A stretch of DNA of 64,000 bases from Coniocarpon cinnabarinum (Eukaryota): contig JAVECO010000134.1 in assembly GCA_051942205.1 (NCBI GenBank), positions 1 to 64,000 of the forward strand, given 5' to 3'. A program made the translations under genes and the position numbers. The notes under the pieces were generated by a model that was given only the letters and a program-made list of their open reading frames with translations, was not told the origin of the DNA and searched no databases. Shown here in pieces: positions 12,163 through 24,668 of the stretch; position 1 is the first letter of the stretch; each line of letters begins with the position of its first letter.

Positions 12163-13930
12163 AACGAACTTGGATGTTTTAGGGTATGCTTAGTCCGCGG
12201 AGCGGGTGCATTCAGCCACCACGTGGCAGTTGCGTACAGTCGCGTGGCATGATCTGCCCCTGGCGTTTGAGATCGCATGTCCATGGAGACACGTGCCAAT
12301 GCTTCTGGCAGACCTCGACAGCCATAACATCATACTCATGGGTAAAGGCAGAGAGGATCTTGCCGTCCTGTATGAGATGTAAAGTACGCTGGGCCGTGGA
12401 GGGCCTCGAGCTAATGCTGGACCACAAGGCTGCAACGCGTGTTGTCTCAGCAGCCCTAGCGATGCGGATGCTAGCGTACAAGTGGGCAGCAAGTAAGATG
12501 TGACAGCGGAGGGGTAGGTGGACGCCCATGCAGAACATGGGAAAGTTTCCCAGGTGGACATCGCTTGCAACAGCACACAGCAATGAGATGATGTGCAGCA
12601 AACAGCAGTCACAAGACGGGAGTTGAGGTGTTCGGGAGGCGAGGGCTCATGGCGTCAATGCTGTGAGCAGAGGGACGGTCATGCGGAATGGCGTCGCTGG
12701 ATCCAGCCATGAAACGCTGTGGATGTCAGCGTTAGCCAGTCGGTAGGCCACAAGCACATCAAGGGGAGTGTGTGTAGGCGAGGTCAGCGATTAGGAGGGG
12801 CCAGAAGCAATAATAGCAGCGTTTCAAGATGACCAGGGAAGGAACTCTGACCATCTCTAGCCGAGCCGAAGCAGCCGCGAGGCCGAGACGGCGCTTGGCC
12901 GGAAGCAGAAGGTCGCTGCTGAGAGTGCACCGGCTTTGATCCTGCGCGCAACGCACGGGCGGGGGAGTAGGCAGGACCGCATATTGGTAGACGACCGGTT
13001 GATGAAGGACGGGCCAAAGGCGACGCGCTCCGGTCGAGCAGGGCTGGAGTTGTCGGTAGAGGCACGGAGTGATAGAGGAGCCAAGGGTTTGCGACAGGTA
13101 AGAAAGGAGCCGCAAGGCAGCCAGTCGCCAGTCGACAGTCGGCCGATAATCACCCGAGGTTCCCGCTCTGCCGCTGGTTCTCGAGCGGCCGGCAGTCCAT
13201 GCAGCCACGTGGAGGATTGCGGGTCCGGCTATGCAGACTCCATCTGATTGGCCGACTTTCGCTCGGCCTTGTGAACCATGCCACTCGAGATGCACTGTTG
13301 ACTCGCATCCCTCTCGGCCGGTGGTGATGATCATGGCAGCCGAGCACCAGCCATCAGTGGCTGACGCGATGCCACAGATTTTTCAGCAGGCTACCTACTT
13401 GGCGTTCAATGTTGCTGGAAATTCCCAGTACTCCGTATACAACAATGAACAATCCACTATTCGCGCAGTGCGACCAGCCCTTGTCCGTCCTCTGCGGCTC
13501 CCGCCTCCGCTGCACATCACCCGTCGCATCATCCCCTTCCCTCACACGTGGTCATGCGTCCTTGCACCGGGCGAGCACGTCCGCTTTCCCTTCTCTTCGC
13601 CTAGCATGAAACACTTGTGTCAGCGTCGCTAGGCTCGTCGCGCTCCTGCTCGGCTATCCCTCCAGGCATCCAGCATTTCTACTATCCTGAGTTTGAGCTA
13701 CGAGCTTTCGCCTACAAGCTCTGCTTCTCTCCGCCATCCTCCAGCCTCATCCCTTCGCTATTTCGTCTCCAAGTTTCCCAATCTGGCCTCGTTGGCAAAG
13801 CCGCTTTTAGCAATTGGTCCATCTCTATACAGACTACTTATGCGTATATCTAGGACTGCTTCTACCCTTGCTGACACCCAGTGCGTGCGGACAATACCCT
13901 TACATACCCCACACGCACGGTGTCATAGTC

Positions 13931-15727
13931 ATGTCCACACCACAGACTGTCCCAATACAGCCGAAGCCGGCGCATGAACTGGATAACGCAGGTGTCGCTA
14001 GTCAGATGACTACAGTGCGCAGGCAACGGGCGGGACCTCTTGTATTTGTGAACTCGTCAGATGTCAACACTGAAGGGGAGAGACGAGGGAATCGCAAAAT
14101 GGTCAAGAAGTGGGCCATGCTCAATCGGGTATCGTCCCCTTCTTGAACGTCAACGCCAATCTACGGTGACGCATGCTTCACTGATCTAACGCATGCAGAC
14201 AGAATACCAGGCATTTGCGGCCCACTACTTCCCAAGGCAAGCCTCAATTCCTTTCCTGGGATCTGAAAGCCGGGAATGGCAGGTCAGACTCAGTTTCACC
14301 GGAGCACTATGATAGTCGTAACGACAGGAGGGACCAAGGCGACCAGCCAATCCAAGCTGCCAACTCCGCTCGTAAAGTCAAAGCGATGTCCCCAACTATC
14401 AGGCTGCTCAACCATGACATGACAACCCAATACAACAATCTCGGTCTCGATGCAGATCCCCACGTCAAGACCCTGCTCCATTGGTTTATCAAAGGTGGTC
14501 CTGGGGATTATCAGAGTGCGGGCGGTCGCCTAGCCACTTGCAACCGTCTCGCTTTTCCCATGATTGCGCAGTCCGCAGCTGCACTGTCCTCATTAGGTGA
14601 GGAGGATGCTCACAAATACAACTGGCGATAGACTCACTGACAGTGCAAACCAGTTGCAGCACTTGAGGTGAATCCATTTTCTCCAATACGTTCCGGCAAC
14701 CGCATGTATCGAGACCACTGGATCAGTACAGCATTGACAAACACGAACGCGCTCCTGCAAAGTCCAAGCGCCTCACAAGAGGTCTTCATGTGCGTAAGCC
14801 TGCTAATGTGGGTAGCGGTATGTGAAACATCAAGTCCTTAGCTGAGATGCGCAGCTCACTCTTGGAAGCATCACATGGGCGACCAGCGAGCACTGAGAGT
14901 GCACATTTACGGCTATGCCGCTGTAATGGTCAAGCACTGGCACCTTTTCTGCTCGACGCCATATTTTCGCAATGGCCCCTTCTTCTGGACTTTGTACGTG
15001 AACTGTTGCATGATGCAGTTTCGAGAGCGTCACTGATCCTCGCAGTCCCAGCAATGAAGGCAGTATACTCCCTGAGACTAGATTACCCCCTGAGAACAGG
15101 GCGCCCACCCCAGAAATGCGCGCAAAGATCGATCAAGGCTTGTTCGCGCAACTCCAGCTCGACGGACATCTTTCCGCGGAGCTCTTTGATTTATTACCTC
15201 ATTTGCTTTCCATGCAATCCCTCATTCCCCAAGAGTCTGGACAACTCGACCTGGAAACTGCCAAAGATCTTCTCACATACATTTGGTACAACGCGCGGGC
15301 ACTGAAATATACAGAAAGTCTGGCGGCATCCCGTGTGGAGCACTGCGTAAGGCACACACTTACGATCATCTATTACGCCAGCCTCTGGAGAAACGTTGCA
15401 GACGGCGCCGGCTGGCTAGTCGGATCCATGCAATCCTCAGTCATCCCAGGTGACATAGCTTGGCTCATTGAGGACCATCCGGAGCTCCTCTTGTGGTGTT
15501 GTATGACGGGCGGTCACTTCGCGAAGGACTTCTCTCGAGATTGGTGGATAGACCTGCTTGTGAGCGTACGACATACAATGGGGATCACGAGCTTCGCCGC
15601 GGCCCGGAAAGTCGTCGAGGACAAGCTCATATGGACTCGGTGGCTGGACCAACGTGCCGAATGCTTTTGGAACGAGACAAGCAGCATCATGAAGCAGTTG
15701 CAGCTTCCTTGGGAAAAAGGTGTTTGA
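13931..15727 (+). CDS. Fungal-specific transcription-factor-like protein lacking a Zn2Cys6 cluster (about 5 exons)
   Basis: N-terminal FVNSSD...RRGNRKMVKKWAM motif and C-terminal HPELLLWCCMTGG...WWIDLL...LIW..FW region typical of these fungal proteins. Introns begin at ~14130, 14597, 14818 and 14994 and preserve the frame. Confidence 0.65.
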
Positions 15728-16047
15728 GAAACCTGAAGACTTCACACAACTCCTACAACCCAACGATCCCTAATTGCAGTTGGCATTTCAGAGGGCCTCC
15801 ACGCGTCAGCCGAACCTTTGCCGACGAGACGCGTGAGCCTGGCACAGCGGCACGATGAGACCATCTCTAGACTAGGTAGGTCGCTGCGAGTGGTCCTTAT
15901 GAGGTAGAAGTTCCTACAAGCTAGAGGATGAGGTGTCTTGTCGAGATCAACCGAGATCGACCGCCTACGGGTTACGTCACCGCGGGGCTTCAAAGTCTGA
16001 GGTGTGAGCTAAGGTTGCGCGCCATTGGCAAAACAGGCTTCAGGTCT

Positions 16048-16964
16048 ATGTCAACAGCACGACTTTCGACACTATTCCTGCGACAAGCACGACCTCTTGC
16101 ACGTCCAATCGCCAGTCAACCGTCCCGACTGCAATTTCGACTGCACACCAACATGGCTACCCAAACTCCCTCCCACGCCTGCTGCACCACGCCACCAATT
16201 CAAGGGAAAGGTTATGCAGAGAAGGGCAAATTTATCCAGGTGGATGGCATGAAGACCTGTAAGTTACCTGACGGCTCTTTTGTTCATGTGCTGATCAAGC
16301 TTCTGCAGACACTACGGGTTCTCCCACAGCAGAGAAAGCCATCCTTTTCCTCTTTGACATCTTCGGCTTCTACCCACAGACCCTGCAGGGAGCCGACATA
16401 CTCGCAACAGGCGACAAAGAACAGCACTACTCTGTCTTTATGCCCGATTGGTTCGACGGCAAACCCGCAGACATTTCGTGGTACCCGCCACAGACCGAAG
16501 AGCACGGAAAAAAGCTGGGCGAGTTCTTCAGCAACCAGGGTGCGCCGGCCAAGACAGTCGCTCGTGTGCCCAAGGTCCTCGATGAGCTGCAGCAGAGATA
16601 CCCAGACATCAAGACATGGGGCATCATCGGCATGTGCTGGGGCGGCAAGGTCGTCAACCTCGTCAGCCAGAATCAGTCGCGTTTCAAGGCTGCCGTGTCT
16701 GCTCATCCTGCCATGGTCGACCCTAGCGACGCACCCGGTGTGACTATCCCGTTTCTTATGCTGCCATCGCAAGGAGAAGAGCAGAAAGACGTCGATGCGT
16801 GGAAGAGCAAGGTATCCGGCGGCGTCAAGCACGACGTGATCTGGTTCAAAGATCAGGTCCATGGCTTCATGGCGGCGCGCAGCGACCTCGATGACAAGAA
16901 TGTGGCTGCCGCCTATGAGAAAGCATATCTTGCGGCGATGAACTGGTTCCATGACTATGTGTAA
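16048..16964 (+). CDS. Dienelactone hydrolase family protein (intron 16259-16308), with a putative mitochondrial presequence
   Basis: ACCTTPP, FDIFGF..QTLQGADILA, MPDWF, GMCWGGK nucleophile motif, AHPA, HGFMAARSDL. Confidence 0.9.
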
Positions 16965-17848
16965 GTCAGGTTGTTGGTATGACATGGATGCCTGGCATCA
17001 GTCTTGAGAAGCCTCCTGACTGGGACGCAGAGCGTCGCCGTCCTCGCGGCTGTAAAATAGCGGCTTTAGCTTCATGAACACTGGTCGTGAGAGCTCCTCA
17101 GATGATCGCAATGGCACGATACCATGAGCGTGAACGACGAAAATGTCGGGATCCATCGCCCCGATATACTCGTATCTTAGACCACAACCACGATGATAAA
17201 GTGACACCCTGCCAATCTTGATGACCAAACCCCTCGCGGTATCATCTTCTATACTTAAGTCTTGAATACCTCAATGAGCGCTGCTGTGCGATATCATGGT
17301 CGGCTCAGCTCTATCGACGCGCGAAGCAGTACCTCGTATCCACTGCCATTCAGATCTAATCCGGACGCGACCTTTACGACTACCAGGAAAGCATGTGTCA
17401 GCCGTCTGACAAACATTTTCGCGGAAGTGTCATCCTGATGGCGATTGTCGCACGTCCGTCTGCCACCAGCCCAGCCGAGTGTCGACTTGCGAGATCAACG
17501 CGTTGAGAACGTCAATTTGCAGTCTATTTTTCATTTTTCAGTGCCTGCCCCTTTTCTTCGTACCCTTGACCCTGACGTGAATAATTCTTCTTCTGGCAGC
17601 TTTGTTATCGATTTTCCGGTAATGGCAGCACTGCTCTGCGCGTGTTTCATGATGGAATGGCTATTTGTTTTAACTGAATCAAGATAAAGGCTGGCATGCA
17701 GGTTGCTGTATTCCTCTGCGTGTTGATGCAAGGTCAATTAAGTAATTGCCTAGTTAGGTATATCTGTATACCTCACCAGCATTTCTTTACAGCTACCATG
17801 CACGCGAGCATGCGATCTGCCACTTTTGTATCGTAATTGCCCTTGAAT

Positions 17849-19660
17849 ATGGCGAGAAACTCGAAGCGTAAGAAGACAAAGACTACTTTCGCATCTAGAG
17901 GACTGTATCTTGATGTGTCTCAAACTAGCGAGAACTTCTCGTTCAAGTCTGGTCTTTCGACGGATTGTTCATTCCCTCCGTCGATCTTCTTTGACGTTAT
18001 GCTCAACCTTATCAAGAACCCCAACATTACGTCGTCTCATCTTTTTCGTGCTGACATCATGTATGATAGCGAGAACGACGCCTCTTTCGCACCTCTGCAT
18101 GAAACAGAGATGTGGGAGCGAGGTCTTCGAGACGTGTGCAAACTTGCGAAACATATGAAGCCGTCGTATAAGCCACGACCGTTGAGGATAAGTGGTTGGA
18201 CCATGACTCGGTTGATTGTTCGAGAGATGGTACCACGAAATCCCAGTCTAGACAAGCCATTGGCTCAGACGTGCTGCTTGTATGAGCTGTCGAGCCAAAC
18301 ACACGATGGGCAATCTCACGAAACTGTTGATGCAAGAGATGCAAAAATGTTATTCAATGGATTGACCTTGCACACCCCTGTAGCTCCTTCAGGCAAGTAT
18401 CTCGTAATATATGTCCCTCATGTGTCAAGCGAAGATGATATCCCTTATTATCATCCCAAGGTCAAGGCTCTTGCTTTTTTCTACGAATGGTCTTTGAGAC
18501 ATCCGCTTGCGAATGGGCTAGGCTTAGATGACAGCTCCCCTGTGCATCCTCCATCCGGTCAACTTTCGATACATCCGTCGAATTTTTCAGAATCTCTCGA
18601 TGGGCCCGAACGTGCAGAGCGAGTGATCACGAATCTGCTTACAACGATAGCTAGGCATGGGCAAGGTCGCCTGGATGGCTACGAAAAGCGTGTGCAGCAT
18701 GACACAATCGTCCCTCAGCAACGTTTTCAAAACACCTACACTCGCCTGAAGACTGCATATGCCTCACGGCTTGTTAAAGATTGGCGCGAGGTCACAGATC
18801 CGACGAAACATGTCTTTGAAGATCTTGGAATAGCAGCATTCCTGATGGAACTCTGGAGGTATATGTACGGAATTGATCCAGAAGCAGAAAGCAATGTCAA
18901 AGTGGCCCAAGCCCAAGCAGGTGGATTGCATGGGTTTGTGGATATCGGGTGTGGCAATGGTGTCTTGGTGGCTATTTTAAGGTGGGAGGGATACGACGGT
19001 TGGGGCTTTGACGTAAGGCGCAGGAAGAGCTGGGAAGCTTTTGAAAGTGAGCAGAAGGCTCACGTGAGGTTACAAGAGGCTGTGCTCATACCAAAGATCC
19101 TGAATGAAGGTCAAGAAAGCACGAGTGGAATACACTCTGGTCAATTCCCTCCCGGGACCTTCATTATCTCCAATCACGCAGATGAGCTGACCTGCTGGAC
19201 ACCAATCTTGGCAAGATTGTCGCACAATGCTCCCTTCCTAGCTATACCATGCTGCGGCCATGACTTCTCAGGCGCGAGGACGAGGTTCCCGAGGCAAAAG
19301 CCGACCGATGCGACCGATAGCGGTGAGCCAAACGCGTCTGCATACCAAACACTTTGTCAATACGTGGGAAGAGTCAGCCGAGATGCTGGATACGAGATCC
19401 AGCGTGAGTATCTCCGAATACCCAGCACACGTAATCTTGGTATCATCGGCACGCCAAGTGGATCTTCATGGCCAACGGATCGAGCAGGAAAAGATATCAC
19501 CGGGACTAATGACAAACCCAACGAGAACGCGCATGTGGAATCCCAATTGAAAGCGCTCATTCAGCACGAAATGAAGAGTATGCCTATACATTCCATTGCG
19601 GCGGCCTGGCAAGCTCGTGTTGACAAGCTGAAAAGCGTCAAAGTGGATGCTGGGCACTAA
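17849..19660 (+). CDS. TRM44: tRNA (uracil-O(2)-)-methyltransferase Trm44
   Basis: NPNITSSHLFRADI, PYYHPKV, YEKRVQHD, TDPTKHVFEDLGIAAFL, FVDIGCGNGVLV, ISNHADELTCW, IPCCGHD, LRIPSTRN. Confidence 0.92.
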   Translation: MARNSKRKKTKTTFASRGLYLDVSQTSENFSFKSGLSTDCSFPPSIFFDVMLNLIKNPNITSSHLFRADIMYDSENDASFAPLHETEMWERGLRDVCKLAKHMKPSYKPRPLRISGWTMTRLIVREMVPRNPSLDKPLAQTCCLYELSSQTHDGQSHETVDARDAKMLFNGLTLHTPVAPSGKYLVIYVPHVSSEDDIPYYHPKVKALAFFYEWSLRHPLANGLGLDDSSPVHPPSGQLSIHPSNFSESLDGPERAERVITNLLTTIARHGQGRLDGYEKRVQHDTIVPQQRFQNTYTRLKTAYASRLVKDWREVTDPTKHVFEDLGIAAFLMELWRYMYGIDPEAESNVKVAQAQAGGLHGFVDIGCGNGVLVAILRWEGYDGWGFDVRRRKSWEAFESEQKAHVRLQEAVLIPKILNEGQESTSGIHSGQFPPGTFIISNHADELTCWTPILARLSHNAPFLAIPCCGHDFSGARTRFPRQKPTDATDSGEPNASAYQTLCQYVGRVSRDAGYEIQREYLRIPSTRNLGIIGTPSGSSWPTDRAGKDITGTNDKPNENAHVESQLKALIQHEMKSMPIHSIAAAWQARVDKLKSVKVDAGH

Positions 19661-19925
19661 GTACACTCAGGGGGAGTAGGAGGAGGAAGAGTGTATTAAA
19701 GCATGTAGCGCAATGGACACTCAAGTGCTGACACGTGGAAACTTTTGCGACAAATGTTCCAGTATCACAGGAATTAGTTGGGATGATTTTTGAAGCAGGA
19801 CAAGACGTCGTTTCTCACGAAAAATTCAGCCTTGGCTTGCCTTGGAGCAACCATAAAGAGGGAAGATGAACCAAAGAAGACTACCTATTGAAGCAGCAAC
19901 GCTTGTTGCAGTGGATACGCACTGT

Positions 19926-20447
19926 TCAAGTCGATCTTTCATTAGTGTCTGAGTGTCTTGCTCCGAGCCGAGGCGATATGCAATGCCACCCACGGATCAT
20001 TCTCTGAACGGGGTTCTGCCACGGTGGCGTTTTGACAGCGAATACGTAGCCCGGCTCCTCAGAGGCGTCGTCTCCCGCCCCAAACGAGATTGTACAGGCT
20101 CGCAGGCGGAAATCGTCGCCCATGTATCGTTGCAAAAGATGCTCCTTCTCCTCCTCTCGGACGCGCAGGACTTTGCCTGGGATGCGATGGTCTGCCCCCG
20201 AGTCGTAGACTAATGCTTGGCGTCTGTGGTGTTGCACGATTCGATATCGTTGTATGGTGGCTGGAGTCAGATTGACTGGCTGTGGCTCTCGCAAGACATT
20301 CTGAAGGAGGTTCGGGTTGGCTAGATTACCGAAAAGAAAGAAATTGGTCGAGGCCGAGTCGAGCGCAGGTCGCCCAGTCCGTCGAGCTTCTTCGAAGGCG
20401 GCGAGTTGGCCAGCGAAGCCTTGAGGTGGCCCTTGTAATGTTGCCAT
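19926..20447 (-). CDS. AIG2-like / gamma-glutamylcyclotransferase-fold protein
   Basis: FFLFGNLANPNLLQNVL...LTPATIQRYRI...QALV...IPGKVLRV...LQRYM.DDF...CTI...PGYVF matches the fungal AIG2-like pattern, with degenerate catalytic positions. ATG at 20447. The 3' end may be spliced. Confidence 0.7.
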   Translation of the reverse strand: MATLQGPPQGFAGQLAAFEEARRTGRPALDSASTNFFLFGNLANPNLLQNVLREPQPVNLTPATIQRYRIVQHHRRQALVYDSGADHRIPGKVLRVREEEKEHLLQRYMGDDFRLRACTISFGAGDDASEEPGYVFAVKTPPWQNPVQRMIRGWHCISPRLGARHSDTNERST

Positions 20448-21430
20448 GCCGCCTCGCCTGACCGGCAACCGAACAAAGAAGAACAGGACGCGCCTCCTTG
20501 CTTTTTTTTTCTCAACATCTTAATGCTCCAAGGCAACGCATTTGTATTCGTCGACTCAGACCCCGTGTATTAATGATCGCTCGGAGAATTTCCGTGACTG
20601 TCATAGGATGTCGGATGGCTTTTTGCACAACCCACATGGCCGGGCCTCAGCGTCTTTATCCACCTGTTCCGAGGAAAATTGTTGCTTGAAGCAATACAAA
20701 ATCGGTGCTGCCCCTTACGTACAATAAGTTACCGACCTGGCACGCGCATAGACCGTTCCTGACAGTGTCGAAGCACATCCATAAACATCCTGCATACGGC
20801 TTCTATCGGCTTGGCTGCAATAATAGAAACTTCAAGCTGCGCCTGTGCCGTCTGTGCTTGCTGAAGACCCGTGGCTACAGCAGAATCTGGCTGCGCCGCG
20901 GTTTATCGTACTTACTTCAGAAATCGACATCGTCTAGACCAAGGAAAGCATATATTTTGTCATCTTCAGACGCAACATGGAAAGGCGCAATCTGGCCTTC
21001 TAAATGGGAGAATCAGTGACGCGCACAGACTGAGCGTTGCGCATCTGCGGACCACTAGCCACTGACAATGATGTCAGATCAGTCATTGCGCACATTAAAT
21101 TTGCAACCTCCTGCCCGTGAATGTTGCCCCAGATCATTGCGGCATGGGTCAATCCTTCTGTTAGATTGCTTACCCATTGAGGTAAGTTGCGCAATATGAG
21201 CATGCATGTGGTGTCTCGCTTATGCTATTGACGCTTCTGGTACCATCGCTATTGAGTCATATAAATGCAGTCTCTCTGCTTCTTCGCACATGCATCAATG
21301 TACAAGCGACGCTTGTACGACTATCAGCCATCAGGTCTGTCTCATCTGCTTATGGAGTTGTCGGAAGTAGGTGGCAAACCTTGAAACTGGCAATACAAGC
21401 TTCGCGGGAGTGTCACACTCCGAGCTTGAA

Positions 21431-23054
21431 ATGGCACGCCCACCCGGGTTCGAGCCTCCGGATATTGTGTTTGGCGTTGAGGTTGAGATCTTCCTTAAAG
21501 TACGAACAAGCCTCTCGCCGCTCGGGAATCCTACAACCCGCCGGACCGTCGAGCACCATCTTTTTGACAAGCGTGGCGATATCAAAGAGTTCGCCGAGTC
21601 TATGACGCTGAATTACAATGAAGCTATGAGCGCCGATCAGGCTTGGGGCCGTAGGAGAGTGCTTTTGAGTCGAGTTCGACGCCTGCAGAATGTTGAGAAT
21701 CGGTATGAGAATTGGTGCTTGGAGGAGGTAAGCATATTCTCGTCGCATCAGTACCCAGCTCAATCCGCTGATAAAGATCTTCGAGGACGAGTCTATTTTC
21801 AACGCTCGCCGTCCCTTTGGTAGGTATCATTGTTTCGCTTTCAAAGGCCCATGATATCAATGTCGCAAAATTGTCTACTTTTACTGACTAGGACCTAATG
21901 ATATAGTGGGCATCGAACTCGTATCACCTGTGCTGTTCCCACGCACGTGGGAAAGGGAGATCGGCAACTTTTGGTCCTTTTTACAGAGCTCGTACACCAT
22001 CGAAGGCAATGAGTACTGCAGTACACATGTCCACGTTTCAAAAGGCGTGGGTCAGAGGTATACTCTGGAGGAGCTGAAACGCATAGCGCAAGCAGCAATC
22101 TGGTGGTGCGTTACATAGACGCATCTTAGAAGTTCTGGTGCAAAAACTGACAGCAACTTCTGACACAGGGAGCCGGCTTTCGAGGCAATCTTGCCCCCTG
22201 AACGCAGAGGCAATCCATGGAGTGGAAGTCTCTACGTCGAAAATCCAAACTTCTACTCTAGTTCGCGTATACAGGCTATCGAGCAGATAGAGCAGGACGC
22301 GACAAACATGGTGAGATTCCTGGCGATCGTGCAGCCCAGCTCTAGATACATGGGGTTCAATTTCTGGAATATCGATGGCGACTGCGGGACTGTGGAGTTT
22401 CGCAGAAGCTTCTATAGTAAGTTTAGCATCTCTCTTTGTACCTCAAGCGTCTGCGTTGGCGGATCATGCGACCTACACTGCTTGCTACACTACTTTGGAT
22501 GTTCAGCCATGCTTCTTGACTTGCCTTGCGATTTAACATGGATACTAGAGATACTCATGGATGAGTGAGGTCATGCACTATAGCAGTTGACTTATTGAAC
22601 AGGTGTATCACGGCTTGACGTCTCAATGTGGATATCCGTAGCTGGATCATTCATCCTCGCCGCCATCGGAGCCAACCACTACACCAACTTCACCAACGGA
22701 CCTTGCACGGTCGCTCGACTCAAAGACTTCCTGCTCCAAGCCCGAGGCCAGAACTTCCAGGCTTGTCACATTGAGCGGCTCTTCCACGGGAAAAGGCACT
22801 GGCCCACAGACCGACCGCTGGTCTACAGGTGGAATAACCTCGATCCGGGAGTGCAAGAGACCCTGCAACAAATGACGCATAGCGACGTGAGTCAAGTGAA
22901 TGAAGCCGCCAGAAACCGAGCCGAATTCAACAGACGATTCCCCGTTACACCGCGTCCGCACCGGAATAATATGAGCAGTGAGTGGCAGCCGAGTCCGGTC
23001 AGAGGCTTTCCGCCCCGATTCACGGGCCGGCCGAGCCCCCAGAGTCGCAGGTAA
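21431..23054 (+). CDS. Putative amidoligase (Amidoligase_2 / COOH-NH2 ligase, glutamine-synthetase-like fold), 5 exons
   Basis: FGVEVE, W.LEE..DESI, VGIELVSPVL, CSTHVHVS, WEPAFEAILPPERRGN, RYMGFNFWNI, GTVEFRR. Introns at ~21728-21776/85, 21819-21906, 22106-22168 and 22417-22602. Confidence 0.8.
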
Positions 23055-24580
23055 TGGTGCCTCTTCACTATGGGCATTGCCTTGATGCTGGGGACCGCTG
23101 AGCCATATGAAGGGAGCCATATGAAGGGCTCCATAAGAGGTGCGCGCTGCGCTGTGCTTGCTAGATCCCGATGGGCTATGCCATGGCGTCCTGACCATTG
23201 TGTCTGAGTCTGGCAAACTTATTTTGAAGACGAGCTCGGACTCGAAGCATGTACGTGCAAAGATAGCTTGCAAGACATGTCCAGTCACGCAAGGTAATAG
23301 AGCGGCACCACGCACGTCCAGAAATGATACGGGCGAAGTATATACAAATGTGAGATGGCCGGGCTCGACGCTTGAAGGCGGGCGCAATGTTCTCAGTGAA
23401 GCAGTGAAGCCGTTCTCTATTTCACCACCTCCATATAGCCAAACCAGGTAACAACCGAAACACAACCACCGGAAGAAGCGCTTACCAGTAATTATGGGTG
23501 GCCAAATAGTATACAGCGTATAAGGTACTTATCAAAGAAACAACCGACAAGGCCGCTACTGTCATTGAGGTAACGCTAGAGACTACTAAAGACATTAATG
23601 TCCGGCCCAATCCACCACTGCGATCAACATATCGTCTCGTCTCATCTCGTCTCATTTCATTTCGACTCACGCGACAGATCACCGCTCTGCCACAACTATT
23701 TTCAGTAATATTCATGATCATGACGATAACCCATCACCAGAGGTCACCACTGCATCATGGTCGAGAGGATCATAGCCCACAACTTTTAGTGAGTGAAATA
23801 CTCGGGTTGGTATAACGCTTTCACGAAGAACACTGGACTGCTCGTCCGATCAGTTGAGGAGATGGCAAATCCGACTACGTTTCCGTACCGCCGTCATCCT
23901 TACTATCTTCCAACATGCTAGCTGCACTCATATCACCCTCAGCCTTATCCAACGTAGATGCACAAGCGTGCCAGTCCCCCATTCTCTTTTTAAGCTCTCT
24001 AAGAGATGAACGCGACCTCGTGAATAACACGTCGCAGGCGCGAGAGTGTGCGTGTACAGATGAAAGAGCAAATGCACTAGCCTCAGGGAAGTAATCAGCG
24101 GAAAAGACCCTCTGTTACATCGTCGTCAGGCTTCGAGACAGCGTTGAAAGAAGTACGTCGATCACATTGAGAATGCAATCTTTGTTCGCACAGCTAGCTC
24201 TGTGATTCATTTTGAGGAGTCGATATGAGGATTCCTGCAAGCGTGACGTCTGTGGTACCAGACGTGAAGTTTCACAACTCTGCACCATCTTACGCGCATT
24301 GCTTCGCGTTGCTTTGCGTAGCGCCATAGACGCTTGCTTGTACCCTTGCTTGTACCCTTGCTTCCACGACGTGGATTTGTTAGTCTGTTAGTCGAAGTGA
24401 GTGGCTAGTTAGCGATGCCGTCTTAGTCGTCAAAGTGACACTAGAGCGTAGCGAGTGACAGCAGCGATTCAGGGCCCGATGAGAAGAGGTTTGAAGATTT
24501 GAGGGTACATGGTACAGAATTCGAGAGTTTGACGGTATGCGGGACATCACATGGGCATTGAGAATATCTCGCTGAAGTAC

Positions 24581-24668
24581 ATGAGGACGTTTCGACGAGC
24601 TATGTGAGGACGTGTCAACGAGCTATATGGGGACATGTCAAGGAGCTATATGAGGATGTCTCAACGGT
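24581..24668. repeat. 23-bp minisatellite, ~4 degenerate copies
   Basis: ATGAGGACGTTTCGACGAGCTAT / GTGAGGACGTGTCAACGAGCTAT / ATGGGGACATGTCAAGGAGCTAT / ATGAGGATGTCTCAACGG. Confidence 0.85.

Noticed and set aside
12190..13900. Many overlapping 60-190 aa ORFs on both strands
   Set aside because: No domain motifs or consistent splice model. More likely a GC-rich promoter/UTR of the neighbouring TF-like gene.
24581..24668. CRISPR-like array
   Set aside because: The units are contiguous with no spacers, the context is eukaryotic and there are no cas genes. It is a minisatellite.
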